A stretch of 64,000 nt of DNA from an uncultured Atopobiaceae bacterium (lineage in GTDB: Bacteria > Actinomycetota > Coriobacteriia > Coriobacteriales > Atopobiaceae): the NCBI GenBank assembly GCA_963557715.1, contig CAUWCN010000006.1:3468-67467 (forward strand). Direction: 5' to 3'. How positions within the stretch are numbered: position 1 is the stretch's first letter; each line of letters starts with the position of its first letter. Made by a program: the position numbers and the translations under genes. The notes below the pieces were generated by a model. That model made no database searches. It was not told the DNA's origin and saw only the letters and a program-made list of their open reading frames with translations. Positions 60,029 to 64,000 of this stretch are shown here, piece after piece.

Positions 60029-60961
60029 CTAGTTGATCGAGAAGTTCAGGACGTCGAACGGCTCGGCCTTGGCGTCGAGCACGCCGATCTCGCCGGTGAA
60101 GTGGGTGGTCTCGTCGACGACGAAGCTCTCGTGCTCGAAGTAGAAGAAGCCCTTGGCCGTGCCGTTGGGAGTCACGTGCAGGGTGAAGAAGGCCGGGTCG
60201 TAGGCGTCCTCGCCGTCGATGCTGGCCTCGAGGACCGTGAGCACGAGGTCCTCGTCGGTCTTGTTGGTGACCTCGAGGAGGTAGCCGGTGTCTCCCTCGA
60301 AGTCCTCGCCCACGCCCACGCACCTGATGTCGAAGTGGCCGTTGGAGAGGACGGGCTGGTCCATGGGGCTCGTGACCGTGACGCCCGCGACGTAGGCGGC
60401 GTTGGCGGCGTCGGCCTCGGGGGACATGATCGTGTCGACCATGGACTGCAGGTCGGTCGCGTCGGAGTCGTCGCCCTTGCCCTCGGCGTCGTCGGCCTTG
60501 CCCTCCTCCTGCTCCTCGGCACCCAGCAGGCCGGCGTTCTCGGACGGGTCGCGGTCGCAGTCGGGGTCGTCGTCGACCTTGACGAACGTCATGTGCTCGT
60601 CGCCGTCGGTCAAGGTGAGGCGGTCGTCCTCGTAGGCCACGTCGACGGAGTCGGAGCCGTCGTCGAGCTCGATGGTGGTCTCGTCCTTGATCTTCCACGT
60701 GCCCTTGGTCTGGTCGCCGCCGGCGTCGAGGAGCATGTCGCCGTTGGAGTCGAGGTCGATGGTGACGTTGACCCCAAGCGCACGGAGCTGGTCGCGTTCC
60801 TCCTCGCCGTAGGTCCTGCCGCCGAAGGTGCCGGACTCGAACTCCCAGGTTCCGACGAGTTCCCCGGTGAGCTTCTCGACGTCGACCGCCGACCCGCAGC
60901 CGACGAGCGCGATCGAGAGGACGAGCGCCCCCAGGATGGAGAAGAGCCTGCGTGCCCTCAT
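60029..60961 (-). CDS. acidic lipoprotein (lipocalin-like N-domain + Ig-like C-domain), function unknown
   Basis: MRARR signal with LVGC lipobox; LVGTW...GTW beta motifs; RBS AAAGGGG. Confidence 0.7.
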   Translation of the reverse strand: MRARRLFSILGALVLSIALVGCGSAVDVEKLTGELVGTWEFESGTFGGRTYGEEERDQLRALGVNVTIDLDSNGDMLLDAGGDQTKGTWKIKDETTIELDDGSDSVDVAYEDDRLTLTDGDEHMTFVKVDDDPDCDRDPSENAGLLGAEEQEEGKADDAEGKGDDSDATDLQSMVDTIMSPEADAANAAYVAGVTVTSPMDQPVLSNGHFDIRCVGVGEDFEGDTGYLLEVTNKTDEDLVLTVLEASIDGEDAYDPAFFTLHVTPNGTAKGFFYFEHESFVVDETTHFTGEIGVLDAKAEPFDVLNFSIN

Positions 60962-61217
60962 GGTGGTTCCCCTTTCGTCTTTGACGCCCCTTGCGGGACG
61001 GGTCTCGTTGGGGGACATCCTACCAAAGCGAAGGGACTTCCACGACGTCGGTGTGTAAGCACTTCGTTTCGCCCGGCAAGCGGCTGCGGGGGGGGGCGGC
61101 GAACGGCGCAGGACGCGATAGCGGGCACGGGACGGAGCGGGGCGGAGGGCAGCGGGCGGCGAGCGGCGGGGCGGCGAGCAGCCGACAGCGGGGCCGAGCC
61201 GGCGCTCCCCCCGGCGG

Positions 61218-61478
61218 CTAGCCGCGCGGCTGGGCGGAGCCCGACGCGTCACGCGGCGAGAAGCGCTCGCACACGCAGCTCTTGCGCAGGTACTCCTTGC
61301 CAAAGGGGTCGCACACCGGGACGAGGTCGCGCGGCTGGGCGGCGAAGCGCCTGCCGGGCCCCTCCCCGGACCTGGGGTCGGCCAGCGTGAAGCCGCGGCT
61401 GCAGGCTCCCTGGAAGAGCCCGGAGCCCTCGTTGGCCGAGAAGGACGAGTACACGCAGTCGGTGCAGTGGAGTCCCAT
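61218..61478 (-). CDS. small Cys-rich hypothetical protein (86 aa)
   Basis: RBS GAGGAGGG; -10 TACCAT upstream; CxxC..C..C..CxC. Confidence 0.6.
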   Translation of the reverse strand: MGLHCTDCVYSSFSANEGSGLFQGACSRGFTLADPRSGEGPGRRFAAQPRDLVPVCDPFGKEYLRKSCVCERFSPRDASGSAQPRG

Positions 61479-61643
61479 GTGAGTCCCTCCTCGATCGGGT
61501 CGCATGGGCCGATGGTACCCCCGCGCGGGCCGCGCGCGCAAAGCGCCCCGGGAGCGGCGGCTCGCGTATCACCGGCGACGGGACCGGGCCGCGGGGCCGG
61601 CGGCGAGAAGGGCGGGACCGAGCTTCTCGGCAGGCGCAAAAAC

Positions 61644-61703
61644 GGAACGGGTGTTTGTATCCGGGGGGCGTCGCATGCTATCCTGTGAACGAACACCCGT
61701 TTG
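61644..61703 (+). promoter_or_regulatory. SOS promoter with two LexA (Cheo-type) boxes
   Basis: gGAACgggtGTTTg (61644-61657) and cGAACacccGTTTg (61690-61703) flank -35 TTGTAT (61655) and extended -10 TGcTATCCT (61676-61684). Confidence 0.75.
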
Positions 61704-61714
61704 CTTGGAGCGCC

Positions 61715-63040
61715 ATGGAACCCGCCTATCTCTGCATCGACCTCAAGTCCTTCTACGCGTCCGTCGAGTGCGTCGACCACGGCTACGACCCGTTCGAGGA
61801 GTGCCTCGTCGTCGCGGACACCTCGCGCGGCCGTGGCACCATCTGCCTGGCCATCACCCCCGCCATGAAGGCGCTCGGGGTGCGCAACCGCTGCCGCCTG
61901 TTCGAGATCCCGCCCGACGTGCGCTACCGGGCGGTGCGCCCGCGCATGCGCCGCTACATGGAGGTCTCGGCCCAGATCTACGGCCTCTATCTGCGGTACT
62001 TCTCGCCGCAGGACGTCCACGTCTACTCGGTGGACGAGTGCTTCATCGACCTCGCGCCCTACGTCGTCCTCTACGGGCGCACGCCGCGACAGATGGCGCG
62101 CGACCTCATGGACCTCGTGATGCGCGAGACGGGCATCTGCGCCACGGCCGGGCTGGGCCCCAACCTGTTCCTGGCCAAGGTCGCCCTGGACGTCACCGCC
62201 AAGCACGCGCCGGACAACATCGGGGAGCTCGACGAGGAGCTCTACAAGGTCAGGATCTGGCCGCACCGCCCCATCACGGACATCTGGGGCATCGGTCCGG
62301 GCATCGCGCGGCGCCTCGCGCGCATGGGCGCGGACCGCATGGGGCAGGTGGCGATGCTCGACCCGGCCATGCTCCGGCGGGAGTTCGGCGTCAACGCGGA
62401 GATCCTCTACGACCACGCCTGGGGCCGCGAGGAGTGCACCATGGCGCAGATCAAGGCGTACCGGCCCAAGGCGCACTCGTGCTGCAGCGGCCAGGTGCTC
62501 CCGCGCGACTACGCCACGGCCGAGGCCCGCACCGTGGTGCGCGAGATGGCCGACGGCCTGGTGCTCGACCTCGTCGAGAAGGGCGTTGCCTGCTCGCAGG
62601 TCTCGCTGTCGCTGGGGTACGCGTTCGACCGCGCCGAGCTCATGGCCCAGCAGGAGGCGCGCCTCTTCGAGGCGGGCCACGGCACCCAGATGGTGGGGGC
62701 GCGCGTCCCCACCTCGGGCGCGTCGCACAAGCTCGCCGGCCCCACCAACTCGCGAGAGGAGCTCATGGCCCAGTTCCTGGGGATCTTCGACCAGGTGGCG
62801 GTTCCGGGCCTCAAGGTGCGCCGCATCAACCTGGGCGCCGGCGGCCTCGTGCCCGAGGAGCTTGCGCCCCTCTCGCTGCTCGACGACGTGGAGCGCCAGG
62901 CGCAGGAGCGCAGCCTGAGCAGGACGACCACCGCCATCAAGCGCCGCTTCGGCCGCAACGCCCTCGTCCGGGGCGCCAGCCTGCGCGACGAGGCCACGGG
63001 GCGCGAGCGCAACCAGCAGGTGGGAGGCCACCATGAGTAG
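61715..63040 (+). CDS. Y-family translesion DNA polymerase (UmuC/UvrX-YqjW-like)
   Basis: CIDLKSFYASVEC, YSVDECFID catalytic motif, LAK.ALD, DIWGIG, IK.RFG.NA and N.Q.GGH. Confidence 0.9.
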   Translation: MEPAYLCIDLKSFYASVECVDHGYDPFEECLVVADTSRGRGTICLAITPAMKALGVRNRCRLFEIPPDVRYRAVRPRMRRYMEVSAQIYGLYLRYFSPQDVHVYSVDECFIDLAPYVVLYGRTPRQMARDLMDLVMRETGICATAGLGPNLFLAKVALDVTAKHAPDNIGELDEELYKVRIWPHRPITDIWGIGPGIARRLARMGADRMGQVAMLDPAMLRREFGVNAEILYDHAWGREECTMAQIKAYRPKAHSCCSGQVLPRDYATAEARTVVREMADGLVLDLVEKGVACSQVSLSLGYAFDRAELMAQQEARLFEAGHGTQMVGARVPTSGASHKLAGPTNSREELMAQFLGIFDQVAVPGLKVRRINLGAGGLVPEELAPLSLLDDVERQAQERSLSRTTTAIKRRFGRNALVRGASLRDEATGRERNQQVGGHHE

Positions 63041-63383
63041 GCCGCAGTGGGGCGAGCCCGCCCTCAGGCACCCGGACCGGGCGGCCCAGTTCGTGCCCTT
63101 CGCCGCGCTGAGCGGCTACTACGACCTGGTGCGGCAGCAGGAGCGCGTCCCGGAGGATCGTCACGAGTGCTCGCCGGAGGAGGTGATGGCCATCTCGCGG
63201 ACCCTCGCGTCGCTCAGGACGCGCGACCTCGTCCGCGTGACGTACTACCTCGACGACGAGCGGCGCTACCAGACGGTCGAGGGGGCCGTGGCCTGCGTGG
63301 AGCCCGACGCGCGCGTCCTGCAGGTGGTGCGCACGCGCATCCCGTTCGAGGAGATCTTGCGCATCAGGCGCCTGCCGGGCTAG
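63033..63383 (+). CDS. YolD-like accessory protein
   Basis: RAAQF.PFAAL.G N-terminus and V.VTYY...G.V...I.F.EI; overlaps the polymerase stop. Confidence 0.8.
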   Translation: MSRPQWGEPALRHPDRAAQFVPFAALSGYYDLVRQQERVPEDRHECSPEEVMAISRTLASLRTRDLVRVTYYLDDERRYQTVEGAVACVEPDARVLQVVRTRIPFEEILRIRRLPG

Positions 63384-63480
63384 GCACGCCCTCGGACGGC
63401 GCGGCCGCATCGGGGTCACGTCGGGGCAGCGCGACGGGACCTCGCGCGCCGCAGCGCGCCCCTCTCGCCGGCCCCGCGCA

Positions 63481-63513
63481 CGAGAAAGGGGCCCCGGACG
63501 AGTCCGGGGCCCC
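63481..63513 (-). terminator. terminator hairpin
   Basis: ggggccccggac / gtccggggcccc with TTTCTCG tail on the minus strand. Confidence 0.7.
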
Positions 63514-63538
63514 AGGGGTCGCTCAGAGCGCAGAGGTC

Positions 63539-64000
63539 CTAGTAGCGGCCGCCACGGTCGTTGCCGTAGCCACCACGGCTGCCACGGTCGTTGCCGCCGC
63601 GATAGCCGCCACGACCGCCGCGGTCGTCACGGTAGCCGCCGCGGTCGTTGCCGCGGTCGTTGCCACGGTCGTTGCCGTAGCCCCCACGGCCGCCGCGATT
63701 GCCGCCACGGAAGTCGCCGCCACGGCCCGGACGCGGGCCGCGGTCGTCGCGATTGCCGCCACGGTAGCCGCCGCGGTCGTTGCCGTAGCCGCCACGGCCG
63801 CCGCGGTCGCCGCCACGGAAGCCGCCACGGTCGCCGCCGCGGTCATAGCCGCCGCGGCCGCCACGGAAGCCGCCACGGTCGCCACGGTCGCCGCCACGGC
63901 CGCCGAAGCCGCCGCGCGGGCCGCGGTCCTCCTCCAGGCCAAGGGTGGTGAGGGGCGCGATGACCTTGTCGAGCAGGTCGCAGATCTGCTCCATGTCCTC
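63539..64000 (-). CDS. 3' end of a protein with a long RGG/RG-rich low-complexity tail (5' part outside window)
   Basis: Amphipathic helix [17 protein letters not shown], then about 125 aa of GG(F/Y)RGG / (N)DRG repeats; GC3-consistent codons; terminator follows. Confidence 0.75.
   Translation of the reverse strand, partial: EDMEQICDLLDKVIAPLTTLGLEEDRGPRGGFGGRGGDRGDRGGFRGGRGGYDRGGDRGGFRGGDRGGRGGYGNDRGGYRGGNRDDRGPRPGRGGDFRGGNRGGRGGYGNDRGNDRGNDRGGYRDDRGGRGGYRGGNDRGSRGGYGNDRGGRY

Noticed and set aside
60029-63034. 1001-aa minus-strand ORF
   Set aside because: Only 60029-60961 (lipoprotein with RBS and signal peptide) is credible. The rest is antisense to the Y-family polymerase.
63539-63920. 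Repetitive DNA resembling an array
   Set aside because: Codon-phased RGG protein repeats, not CRISPR: no constant repeat with unique spacers and no cas genes.

Overview
A very high-GC 64-kb window. Gene content and style suggest a gut Coriobacteriia (Atopobiaceae/Olsenella-like) chromosome; that taxonomy is an inference. Housekeeping anchors are D-lactate dehydrogenase, pyk, pheST with a Phe T-box, an M32 carboxypeptidase, dtd and a LexA-boxed Y-family polymerase/YolD pair. Between them lie four carbohydrate loci. (1) 4.3-16.6 kb: a LacI-controlled divergent locus with an SsuA/TauA-type anion ABC importer, NagA- and NagB-like enzymes, PFK, class II aldolase, TPI-like, PGI-like and a LarA-family protein. 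Most of these paralogues keep their catalytic residues but have altered sugar-6-phosphate-binding motifs. This is the best candidate for an undescribed system: a parallel glycolysis for an N-acetylhexosamine carrying a non-phosphate C6 group. (2) 23.7-37.8 kb: a sulfatase/anSME/TauE/mannose-type PTS island that is visibly decaying, with three deletions and one homopolymer frameshift. (3) GalNAc/tagatose pathway genes (agaS, nagA, lacC-like, tagatose-bisphosphate aldolase-like), interrupted by (4) a Campylobacter-type non-phosphorylative L-fucose locus. Non-coding signals include several operator arrays, a 32-bp hairpin inserted in the T-box, a MITE-like 175-bp element and a strongly recurrent intergenic 9-mer CCTCTCGCC. 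I saw no rRNA, tRNA, CRISPR array or transposase. All assignments come from reading motifs by eye; no searches were run.
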